The position numbers were made by a program, and so were the translations under genes. This document shows positions 24,327 to 32,497 of a stretch of DNA of 33,623 bases, in pieces. Source of the stretch: a bacterium (lineage in GTDB: Bacteria; Patescibacteriota; Saccharimonadia; UBA4664); contig JAYUCF010000057.1 of the NCBI GenBank assembly GCA_043740495.1, positions 1-33,623 of the forward strand, given 5' to 3'. A model generated the notes under the pieces. The model worked only from the letters and a program-made list of their open reading frames with translations. It searched no databases and was not told the origin of the DNA. Numbering within the stretch: the stretch's first letter is position 1; the number at the start of each line of letters is the position of its first letter.

Positions 24327-26192
24327 TTAAGGGAGACGGTAAACGCTCCAGCTAGAGTTTGAGTATACCAACGTGTAGGCGGAGCTGATCCGAGCTTGGT
24401 CAACGACCCATTCGGAAGGTTCGGAGGCGGCGATCGCGAGATAATTGGCGTAGTAGGGATTGGACGAGGTGAGGTTGCCGCGGAGGGCGACGGCGACCGC
24501 TTCAAGGCGCGGTTGATAGTCGAAATTGAAATTGTAGAGCCAGCCGCGGTAGCCGGCCACGATTGATCGGCCGGCCAGTGTGGCTACGGGTTGATTGGGT
24601 CGATCGGTGGTGAGGAAAATGTCGGCAGGGAGGGTGGACCGGGTTACCCAGTCGGCTAGCGCGAGATCATCGGGGCTGGCAAATTGGTCTTGGTGCTGGA
24701 ATTCCCTCGCCACGGCGAGACTGCCGCCGGCAGAAACCAGGACAAAGGTGAGAGCGAGGGGGAGGGCCGTCCATTTGAGGTGCCGGATCAGCCAGAGAGC
24801 ACCGTAGCCGGCGAAGATGTAGGTGAAGAGATAGACGTAAAGGATGAGCTTGAGGTTATCGTAGGCGAAGGGCTGGAGGGAGTAAATATTGGCGAAGATG
24901 AATACGGCGAGGAGGGGCGCGAACCAAACGGCGTAGCGGCGGAGCGATCGGCGGGTGAAGATGAGGGCGGCTACCCCGAAGATGAGCAGGCCAGTGAGGC
25001 CGTAATTATTTGTCCAAAAGGCGATGAGTGATTCATTGGGCAGTAACGTCCACCCGAGGGCCAGATGGCCGCCGGTGCCGGTTTGGTTGGCAAAGCTTTG
25101 CCAGGCGATTTGCGGGGCGGCGACGATGAGGGCTGTGAGGCCGACGGTGAACCAAGTGCCCGGGGGTTGCCTGGTGCTGATGGCGGCCTCAATCCAGAAG
25201 CCGGCTACTAGGCCTCCGAGGACTACAAAGGTATGTGCGTGGACCAGCGGAAGCAGTCCGATTAAGCCGCCAGTGACGATAGCGAGGCCGCGGCCGGGAT
25301 GGCGCCGAAGTTCGGTCAACAGGATTAGAACGGCGGCGAACGTGGCCAGTCCCATCAGGAAGGCGCGTTGAGGAAGAAGGATGTCGGCGATGAAGTTGGT
25401 GAGCTGGGCGTTGGGCACGCTGAGGGCGGTGTAGTCTTGGGGCAGATGGGTGAGAAAAGAGCCAAGACTTTGGCCGCTACTCCGGAAATCGCCGGCGGCC
25501 GCAAAGAGGCCCACGGCTGAGCCGCTGAGCAGGGTGAGTGTGAGTCCGAGGATGGCTCCGCCGATGCGCCCAAATATCCGGACGCCGAATCCGAGCATCA
25601 GCTGGAGAAAGGCCCAGACGAGCAGTAACGAGGGGATGAACAGTGCCAGATGTAGGCTCCAGCCGCCGCGCAGGAGCCAAGCCGACAGTAAATCAACCAT
25701 GAAGGGGAAGGTGAGATGGGTGCCGGCCGCGATGGGAAAATCGAGCGGTAGGCGGCTGGCGGCCGCGAAGTGGCTGATGAGGCTGGCGTGGAGGCCAAAG
25801 TCGGCCCAGGTGGAATTGGCGGAGTAGAGGCCGCCCGATTTGGCGACGAGATCGTGGGTCCACATTAGCCAGCCGATCAGGGCGGTAGTGACAACAGTGA
25901 AGGCCCCCCAGGCACCCCACGCCCAGTGGGACTGGGATAGCCGGCGGATTGGGATGGGATGGCCGGTTCGCCATAGCCAGATACTGCCCATACCCGCCAA
26001 AGCTACGGTGGCCGGTAGGCTCAAAAAGTAGGGCAGCACCAAGGCGATGATGAACGACAACCAAGTCCAGAGCAGCAGTCCGAGAGCCAGGCTGAGGGCG
26101 GGAATTTCGAACCCAAACAGGCTGAGTTTCAGCCGCCGGGTGGCGGCAACCCCCAGAGTCAGGGCGGAGGCGAGATATATCAGACTCATCAT
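24327..26192 (-). CDS. Large polytopic membrane protein with C-terminal extracytoplasmic domain (GT-C-like, putative glycosyltransferase)
   Basis: 621 aa with more than 12 predicted hydrophobic helices by eye. The soluble tail is ...LAGRSIVAGYRGWLYNFNFDYQPRLEAVAVAL...YLAIAASEPSEW. It is adjacent and divergent to the GT2 gene and 56 nt upstream of pilB on the same strand. The GT-C assignment comes from architecture and context only. Confidence 0.45.
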   Translation of the reverse strand: MMSLIYLASALTLGVAATRRLKLSLFGFEIPALSLALGLLLWTWLSFIIALVLPYFLSLPATVALAGMGSIWLWRTGHPIPIRRLSQSHWAWGAWGAFTVVTTALIGWLMWTHDLVAKSGGLYSANSTWADFGLHASLISHFAAASRLPLDFPIAAGTHLTFPFMVDLLSAWLLRGGWSLHLALFIPSLLLVWAFLQLMLGFGVRIFGRIGGAILGLTLTLLSGSAVGLFAAAGDFRSSGQSLGSFLTHLPQDYTALSVPNAQLTNFIADILLPQRAFLMGLATFAAVLILLTELRRHPGRGLAIVTGGLIGLLPLVHAHTFVVLGGLVAGFWIEAAISTRQPPGTWFTVGLTALIVAAPQIAWQSFANQTGTGGHLALGWTLLPNESLIAFWTNNYGLTGLLIFGVAALIFTRRSLRRYAVWFAPLLAVFIFANIYSLQPFAYDNLKLILYVYLFTYIFAGYGALWLIRHLKWTALPLALTFVLVSAGGSLAVAREFQHQDQFASPDDLALADWVTRSTLPADIFLTTDRPNQPVATLAGRSIVAGYRGWLYNFNFDYQPRLEAVAVALRGNLTSSNPYYANYLAIAASEPSEWVVDQARISSAYTLVYSNSSWSVYRLP

Positions 26193-26246
26193 GAGGCTTA
26201 TTCTAGCACCAGGCGGAATTTTTAGGTTCCTGAGTTCAAATACGAT

Positions 26247-26963
26247 ATGCTTAATGACATGAAAACACCTTGGGTAAGCTTAAGTGTCTTTTTCCCGGTA
26301 TTCGATGAGGTTGAGGCGTTGCCGGGCGTAATAGAGCGGGCTTTGTGGGTGTTGGCGTCAATGGAGTTGGAGGACTACGAGGTGATTGTGGTGAATGACG
26401 GCAGTACGGACGGTACCGCCACCGTGGCAGACGAATACGCCCGTAGACACGCTCATGTGCGGGTGGTGCATCATGAACGCAATCTCGGGTACGGAGCGGC
26501 GCTGGTGAGCGGATTTGGCGCGGCCAGGTACCAATGGGTAGCGTACACTGACGCCGACGGGCAGTTTGACCTTGGTAATATCGAGCGTTTTATTGAGCCA
26601 TCCGGACGAGTTGATGTGGTGCTCGGCTATCGTCGGCGGCGGAGTGATCATGTCGGCCGCCGCTTGAACGCTTGGTTGTGGGGGCGCGTAGTGCGGGTAA
26701 TCTTGGATTTGGATGTGCGTGACTTGGATTGCGGCTTTAAGCTGTTTCGGACAGAGCGGGTCCGGGGGTTACAACCGCTGGAAGCCCGCGGTGCGGTGAT
26801 TTCGGCTGAACTATTGATGAAGCTTCGCCGCGCGGGGTGCAGTTGGGAAGAAGTGGCAGTGGAACACTATCCGCGCCAGACCGGCGCTCCGTCCGGTGCT
26901 CGCCTGGGCGTGATAGCGCGAGCCGTGAAAGAACTGATAGATTTGCGCCGAACCCAGGGCTAG
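26247..26963 (+). CDS. GT2 polyprenol-phosphate glycosyltransferase (Dpm1/Ppm1/GtrB-like)
   Basis: LSVFFPVFDEVEALPG...YEVIVVNDGSTDGT...NLGYGAALVSGF...AYTDADGQFD (D-x-D). About 235 aa, soluble. The start may instead be ATG 26259. Confidence 0.85.
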   Translation: MLNDMKTPWVSLSVFFPVFDEVEALPGVIERALWVLASMELEDYEVIVVNDGSTDGTATVADEYARRHAHVRVVHHERNLGYGAALVSGFGAARYQWVAYTDADGQFDLGNIERFIEPSGRVDVVLGYRRRRSDHVGRRLNAWLWGRVVRVILDLDVRDLDCGFKLFRTERVRGLQPLEARGAVISAELLMKLRRAGCSWEEVAVEHYPRQTGAPSGARLGVIARAVKELIDLRRTQG

Positions 26964-26973
26964 TCTGGCGAGT

Positions 26974-28371
26974 TTAGCGCCATGTAGGCAGCCACATGTG
27001 GCTGGCGAGCTCACCCGGGGTTAACGGGACGCCATAGCTCAGGGGGGCGAAGTAGATAAAACCGATTGCGGAGATCGCCAGGACACCAACATAGAGATTG
27101 CGGGAGGTGACGCTGGAGAATTTCCAGAAATTCGGGGAATCCTCCATCCAGTCGGCCAGTGCGCCTAGGAAAATGACGGCAAAAGCCAGGCTATAGATGA
27201 AGGCGAACAGATAATGATAGAGAAACATCACTCTCACGATGCGGCTGAATGGCAGAAAATTCATCAGGTAGCCGATGGCGAGAAAGACCATAGCAAAGCG
27301 GTAGGGCCGGAGTCGGCGCAGAGCCTTGGACGACACCAGAACGCCGGTTACGATGATTATGAGGATGCCCCACCAGACGGCAGGGTTACCGAGCAGGTAA
27401 ATGTTGCCCTGGGTGCCATTTGAGGCGGTGTTGCCTTGCCAGTAGTACACTGAGCGCGTCATGAACGGCCAACTGGTCCATTTGGAGCCGTACGGGTGGG
27501 TGGCGGTTTTGAGTGAGTTTTCCGAGGTTGCCATGGCGTGGTTGAGATCGATAAATTTATCCCAGAAGTTCATATGAACGGAGGGGTCGTAGTTGGCATT
27601 GCCGATCAGGGTGGATTGGAAGCGGGCGGACATGAAGGCGTCGCCCTGGCCGCTGGTGTGCAACAGGCCGAAATGGATCCAGAACACGGCTAGATAAGTG
27701 AGAACGGGTACTAGCACCAGCGTGAGCGTCTCGAGGAGGCGAGCCCGCCATGAGATATGGTGCGGTCGGCGGAATTGGTCGGTGAGCCAAATCAATCCAA
27801 TCAGACCTAGAGCGCTGAGGCCGGTCCATTTGGTGCTCACAGCCAGCCCGCCCAAGAGGACGCTCGTGGCAATCAGCCAGAACCTTAACCGACCCGTATG
27901 CCGACGGGCGGCCAGGAAGCAAGTGACGGCGGCCAATCCAAACAATATCAGCAGGCTGTCGATGAGAATGAACCGTGACTCCACCAGGAGGGCATTATCG
28001 AGCAGCAGCAGGGCGGCGCCGAGCGTGGAGACGCGGCGCGACGCGCCGAGATTGCGTAGGAAGAGATAGAAGACGGGGATAATCAGCGCTCCGGCAATTG
28101 CCGGGAGCACGCGCAGGACAACCGCAGGGTCGCCGCCGGTGAGAACGGCGGGATCTTGTTGGGTGAGCCAAGCCCAGGCCCCCAGCAAGAGCTTGCCCAG
28201 CGGGGGGTGAGGGTCGAAGTAATACGATCCGGTTAGATAGTCGCCGGCGTAGACCTTGAAGTAGACTTCATCGAAGACGACGGCAGCCGGGGTGAATAGT
28301 GCCCAGCAGCGCGTGATGATGGCCGCAATGGTAAGCAGAAATATTTCCGGATAGCGGCGAATTAGCTTCAT
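26974..28371 (-). CDS. GT39 dolichyl/polyprenyl-phosphate-mannose protein O-mannosyltransferase (Pmt family)
   Basis: 465 aa, polytopic. The loop-1 acidic motif and following segment VVFDEVYFKVYAGDYLTGSYYFDPHPPLGKLLLG are diagnostic for the PMT family. Confidence 0.85.
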   Translation of the reverse strand: MKLIRRYPEIFLLTIAAIITRCWALFTPAAVVFDEVYFKVYAGDYLTGSYYFDPHPPLGKLLLGAWAWLTQQDPAVLTGGDPAVVLRVLPAIAGALIIPVFYLFLRNLGASRRVSTLGAALLLLDNALLVESRFILIDSLLILFGLAAVTCFLAARRHTGRLRFWLIATSVLLGGLAVSTKWTGLSALGLIGLIWLTDQFRRPHHISWRARLLETLTLVLVPVLTYLAVFWIHFGLLHTSGQGDAFMSARFQSTLIGNANYDPSVHMNFWDKFIDLNHAMATSENSLKTATHPYGSKWTSWPFMTRSVYYWQGNTASNGTQGNIYLLGNPAVWWGILIIIVTGVLVSSKALRRLRPYRFAMVFLAIGYLMNFLPFSRIVRVMFLYHYLFAFIYSLAFAVIFLGALADWMEDSPNFWKFSSVTSRNLYVGVLAISAIGFIYFAPLSYGVPLTPGELASHMWLPTWR

Positions 28372-28399
28372 GCGGGTATTCTAGCAGACCCCGGAGAGC

Positions 28400-29077
28400 T
28401 TAATAGATGTATTTGAATTGGCGGGACGCCACCCAGCGGGTGCTGGTAACGCCGACGCCGCGGTAATTCATTTCGGAAACAAACACCTGTGAACCGTCCG
28501 CTGAGACCTGCTCAACCAGGGCGACGTGGCCTAGTCTGCCGTCCGGAGTCCAGGCGATGGCCGCCACGGCCGGTACCGTACCGACACTCCAGCCGAGCGA
28601 GCTGGCGCGGTAATACCACGATACGGCGTTGCCCCAGTGTGGCGGGATTTGGCGGCGACTGGCGACGTACCAGGTACATTGACCCCATGAATAGGAATTC
28701 GCATAGGTACGGACGGGGGCCATGGTGCCTGGTGGCAGGAGTTGGCCACTGGGGCCGCTGGGTAGTATGGAGGCGTGTACCGCTGCCTGGAGCGAGGAGG
28801 AGCTCACCTGGGTCACTGTGGCGGTCGCTGTGAGGCCGGAATTAGTCCAAGCCCAACTTGAGCCGACCTTGCCGGTTCCGAGGTCATGGGCGGCCTGCAG
28901 AGTGCCAATACTGGCAACCCAAATCATCATGGCTACGGCGGTGCGTTTGAGCAAATGGGGGTTATGGCGCTTGATGTCAACGAACTTAGTCCGAAAGCCG
29001 CCCCATGATGGCACTGAGTGGGGGCTGATGCTCGGCTGGACTAAATAGGCGGACATTGGTTTGCGAATGAGAAACAT
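28400..29077 (-). CDS. Secreted/membrane-anchored CHAP-domain peptidoglycan hydrolase
   Basis: The C-terminal CHAP domain reads YANSYSWGQCTWYVASRR (catalytic Cys)...GRLGHVALVEQV (His)...FVSEMNY. The track start 29254 overlaps the divergent gene, so I prefer ATG 29077 (or 29056). TM/signal: TAVAMMIWVASIGTLQAA. Confidence 0.85.
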   Translation of the reverse strand: MFLIRKPMSAYLVQPSISPHSVPSWGGFRTKFVDIKRHNPHLLKRTAVAMMIWVASIGTLQAAHDLGTGKVGSSWAWTNSGLTATATVTQVSSSSLQAAVHASILPSGPSGQLLPPGTMAPVRTYANSYSWGQCTWYVASRRQIPPHWGNAVSWYYRASSLGWSVGTVPAVAAIAWTPDGRLGHVALVEQVSADGSQVFVSEMNYRGVGVTSTRWVASRQFKYIY

Positions 29078-29219
29078 TGGAATCGCTTGGCCTTGCACAT
29101 TGAGTAATATAATGAAAAAGCAATCCGTAATCTTATCTGGATCGAGGTATATTGCAAGCACTGGCGGTTTGAGGGGCGCCCTTGGCTTGCGCGAGGCGAA
29201 AGGGTAAAGTGAGGCCAGC

Positions 29220-30119
29220 ATGCAACCACGCTCAAACATTCTAGGGGGACGCACCGTAATTTCGATCGGAATTATCGGGTTATTGGTGATTGGCGGCTTA
29301 AATTACGAGGGGCTGCTGGATTATTATGCCTTGTCGACGTATAGCCCCAGTGTTAAGTTGGCAGCGTTTGAATCACGCGTTAGCTTAAGCTCCCTGGCGC
29401 GAGCGACGCTCTACCGGGCCCAGCCGACCTTCGACGGTAAGACCAACTTTAATGTTGATTGCAATACTCGCCCCCACGAGCTCGAGCTGGGTTGTTACTA
29501 CCACGGGCGAATTTATGTATTGCAGATTGATAATGTCAGTTTGGCACCGGAAATGGATGTGGTGAGTGCCCACGAACTACTCCATGCGCAGTGGGACAAG
29601 ATGAGCTCAACCGAGCGAGCGCCGTTGAGTGCCGAGCTGGAGCGGGTCTATGGGTTGGTGGCGGATACTGATTTGCGCGACCGGATGGCCAGCTATGCTG
29701 TATCGGAGCCAGGCGAGCAGGCTAACGAGCTCAATTCAATTTTGGGAACCGAATTTGCCAACTTATCCCCGGCACTGGAGGCGCATTATGCGAAGTATCT
29801 CCTGAATCGAAGCCAAATCGTGAGCGCCCACAGCAGTTATAAGGCGGTGTTTGAATCCCGGCGAGCGGAGCTGGATATCGAGCTGAGTAATATTCGAGCC
29901 GATAAGGCGCGATTAAGCGTAATGAACTATCAGCTTGACGGCTACCGCTTGGATGGGCAAATTCAGGCGTATAACGCGCTGGTGCCGCAGCAGAATAAGT
30001 TGGTTGATGAAATAAATGCCCGAATTGGCCGTTATCAGCTGCAAGTTGACGAATACAATGCCTTGTCGAAAAGTCTGGACTCGCAAGCGATTACAGATAT
30101 TGAGCCTCCGGCTAAATAG
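29220..30119 (+). CDS. Membrane-anchored HExxH protein with C-terminal coiled coil (putative Zn-metallopeptidase-like)
   Basis: 299 aa. TM is VISIGIIGLLVIGGL. HELLH is encoded at 29571-29585, in the context GCYYHGRIYVLQ...VVSAHELLHAQW. The C-terminal third is heptad-like (RAELDIELSNIRADKARL...). Confidence 0.55.
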   Translation: MQPRSNILGGRTVISIGIIGLLVIGGLNYEGLLDYYALSTYSPSVKLAAFESRVSLSSLARATLYRAQPTFDGKTNFNVDCNTRPHELELGCYYHGRIYVLQIDNVSLAPEMDVVSAHELLHAQWDKMSSTERAPLSAELERVYGLVADTDLRDRMASYAVSEPGEQANELNSILGTEFANLSPALEAHYAKYLLNRSQIVSAHSSYKAVFESRRAELDIELSNIRADKARLSVMNYQLDGYRLDGQIQAYNALVPQQNKLVDEINARIGRYQLQVDEYNALSKSLDSQAITDIEPPAK

Positions 30120-30120
30120 C

Positions 30121-30146
30121 GAAACGGCCCTTTGCAGAGCCGTTTC
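30121..30146. terminator. Hairpin between convergent genes (bidirectional terminator candidate)
   Basis: 8-bp stem GAAACGGC(30121-30128)/GCCGTTTC(30139-30146). T-rich tracts follow at 30164-30190. Confidence 0.5.
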
Positions 30147-30260
30147 TGGACGAGAGTTTGTTCTTTTTTGTTTTGAGTACTTTTTTTGTGCAGGTACCTA
30201 TAAATAGATTAACGCTTAGGTTTTACCTCGTCAAGCAAGTTATACCCAGCTTTACAAGCA

Positions 30261-30701
30261 TTAGCGTTTTAACTGTCTGGCGATGTCTCGTTCGGTGTCG
30301 CGGCGCTTCATGGTTTCGCGTTTATCGTAGCGTTTTTTACCCCTTCCGACACCGATCTCAATTTTGATTAAAGAGCCCGCCAAAAGTAGGGCAGTTGGGA
30401 CCACGCTCAGGCCCGCTTGCTTGTGGGCAATCAGGGTATCAATTTGGCGGCGGTGGAGCAGGAGTTTGCGGTTGCGGGTGGGGTCGATGCCGGCTTTGTT
30501 GGAGGCTTTGGAGTACGGTGTGATATGGGCGGCCGTGAGGTAGGCCTCGTTGTCGCGCAGCGAGACGAATGACCCCTTGAGGCTGCCAAAACCGGATTTG
30601 AGGCTTTTTACCTCGTCGCCCGACAACACTAAGCCCGCTACGAAATGCTCGGTGAGCTCGTAATCAAAGGTGGCACGCCGGTTTTTAGCTAAAACTTTCA
30701 T
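30261..30701 (-). CDS. smpB: SsrA-binding protein SmpB
   Basis: 146 aa. MKVLAKNRRATFDYELTEHFVAGLVLSGDEVKSLK...KLLLHRRQI...GRGKKRYDKRE is canonical SmpB. Confidence 0.95.
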   Translation of the reverse strand: MKVLAKNRRATFDYELTEHFVAGLVLSGDEVKSLKSGFGSLKGSFVSLRDNEAYLTAAHITPYSKASNKAGIDPTRNRKLLLHRRQIDTLIAHKQAGLSVVPTALLLAGSLIKIEIGVGRGKKRYDKRETMKRRDTERDIARQLKR

Positions 30702-30740
30702 GGGCCTTATTATAGCTGGTTATGAGTTCAAGCGTGAGGC

Positions 30741-30749
30741 TGATATAAT
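30741..30749 (+). promoter_or_regulatory. Extended -10 TGaTATAAT upstream of argS
   Basis: TG at 30741-30742, TATAAT at 30744-30749, ATG at 30760 (10 nt downstream). The leader is very short or absent. Confidence 0.45.
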
Positions 30750-30759
30750 CGGGCTCAAT

Positions 30760-32454
30760 ATGACACTCAATCAACTCGAAAAACAGATCGGCAAGATTGT
30801 TACTGACACTCTGGGTAAAGAGCTCGACCTAAGCCGTCTGGGCGTGAGCCTGACGGCGGATCCGAAGCACGGCGACTACGCTACGAATGCCGCAATGGTG
30901 TATGCCAACGATCTTGGTCGGGCGCCGCGAGAGGTAGCCCAGGAACTGGCGGAGGCGATCAAGGGGGCTAGCCCGGATATTGAGCGGGCCGAAGTGGCTG
31001 GACCGGGGTTCATCAATATCACGCTGACAACTGGGGCAGTGGCAGCCAGCGCACAGGGAGCGTTGAAGCGGCGGCCGAAGCGCTATAACGGTCAGCAGGT
31101 GGTGACCGAATATTCTGATCCGAATCCGTTTAAGCCTTTGCACGCCGGGCACTTGTATACCACGCTGGTTGGTGATGTTATCGCTCGTTTGTTGGAACTT
31201 GGTGGTGCGCAGGTGGTACGGCTGACATATGGCGGCGACGTTGGCTTGCACGTGGCAAAAACCATGTGGGCTATAGTGAGCTTCTTGGAGGATGAGAACC
31301 CAGAGGCGTTGTCTGATGTACCGGCTGCGAAGAGAGCCGAATGGCTGGGTCAGCGCTATGTCGAAGGGAATACGGCTTACGAGGAGAATGAGTCTGCGCG
31401 GGAGGAGATCATCAAGGTCAATAAGCGCGTGTATCAGTTGCATTCCGATGATGACCACAACTCACCATTCGCGCAGATTTATTGGACGGGGCGTGCGTGG
31501 AGTTACGACTATTTTCCGGAGCTATACAAGACGCTTGGGGTGATAGCGTTCGACCGGACGATACCGGAGAGCGAGGTGACTCCTCTAGGTATAACTACGG
31601 TGCGGGAGCAACTGAAGGCTGGGGTATATGAAGAAAGTAACGGCGCGGTTATCTTCCGCGGCGAGCCATATGGTCTTCATACGCGGGTGTTCATCAATTC
31701 TCAGGGGTTGCCAACGTATGAGGCAAAGGATGTTGGTTTATTGTTTACGAAGTGGAATGATTATAAATTCGATCGATCAATCGTGATTACGTCTAGTGAG
31801 CAGCAGCAGTATATGGCGGTGATGCTCAAAAGTGTCGAGCAATTTGCCCCGCAGCCGGCAAATCGGAGTGAACACATAACGCACGGAGTGGTGAAGTTGG
31901 CGGGTGGGATTAAAATGAGCTCCCGCAAGGGCAACGTGGTTGGGGCACTGGAAATTTTGGAGGCGGCGACGGAGGCGGCTAGAAAGATCTCTTCGGCATC
32001 GAAGCATAATACGGTTCTGGCGGCCGTGAAGTACGCATTTCTCAAACAGCGTATCGGCGGCGACATCATTTATGATCCCGAAGAGTCGGTGAGTCTCGAA
32101 GGTAATAGCGGGCCGTATCTGCAGTATGCGCATGCCAGAGCCAGGAGTATTTTGGCCAAAGTTGGTGAGACTCAGGCGACGAAGCTCGGTGAGCTGGATA
32201 TTCAGGAGCGAAAGTTGGCGTTAAAGATTTCCGAGTACGCCGATGTGGTGGAGCGCTCGGTGGATGAACTGATGCCGCATTACATCGCAACCTACTTGTA
32301 TGAATTGGCCCAGATATTCAATCGGTTTTATGAGGGGAGTCGAGTGATTGGAGACGCGCGCGAAGCGCAGAGGCTGCAGTTGGTGTTGTTGTACGCCGAT
32401 GTGCTGGGCGCCGGACTGGCAATACTGGGTATAGAAGCCCCCGAGCGACTCTAA
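30760..32454 (+). CDS. argS: Arginine--tRNA ligase
   Basis: HIGH-type motif PLHAGHLYTT and KMSKS-type MSSRKG, with the C-terminal DALR anticodon-binding region (YLYELAQIFNRFYE). I chose start at MTLNQLEK (30760) rather than the track start 30670, which overlaps smpB. Confidence 0.95.
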   Translation: MTLNQLEKQIGKIVTDTLGKELDLSRLGVSLTADPKHGDYATNAAMVYANDLGRAPREVAQELAEAIKGASPDIERAEVAGPGFINITLTTGAVAASAQGALKRRPKRYNGQQVVTEYSDPNPFKPLHAGHLYTTLVGDVIARLLELGGAQVVRLTYGGDVGLHVAKTMWAIVSFLEDENPEALSDVPAAKRAEWLGQRYVEGNTAYEENESAREEIIKVNKRVYQLHSDDDHNSPFAQIYWTGRAWSYDYFPELYKTLGVIAFDRTIPESEVTPLGITTVREQLKAGVYEESNGAVIFRGEPYGLHTRVFINSQGLPTYEAKDVGLLFTKWNDYKFDRSIVITSSEQQQYMAVMLKSVEQFAPQPANRSEHITHGVVKLAGGIKMSSRKGNVVGALEILEAATEAARKISSASKHNTVLAAVKYAFLKQRIGGDIIYDPEESVSLEGNSGPYLQYAHARARSILAKVGETQATKLGELDIQERKLALKISEYADVVERSVDELMPHYIATYLYELAQIFNRFYEGSRVIGDAREAQRLQLVLLYADVLGAGLAILGIEAPERL

Positions 32455-32497
32455 GGTTGATCGCACATGTTTATAGTGCAGTGATATTGCGCGACAC

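Noticed and set aside
28400-29254. Long form of the CHAP gene starting at 29254, and the long form of the small membrane protein starting at 10196
   Set aside because: The extensions overlap the divergent neighbour or lack any signal-peptide logic. Internal ATGs give a sensible N-terminal TM or signal segment.
30670-30759. Upstream extension of argS from the track start at 30670, overlapping smpB by 32 nt
   Set aside because: The extension (MARRFLAKTFMGLIIAGYEF...) has no counterpart in ArgRS. The canonical N-terminus begins at MTLNQLEK (30760), just downstream of a TGaTATAAT box.
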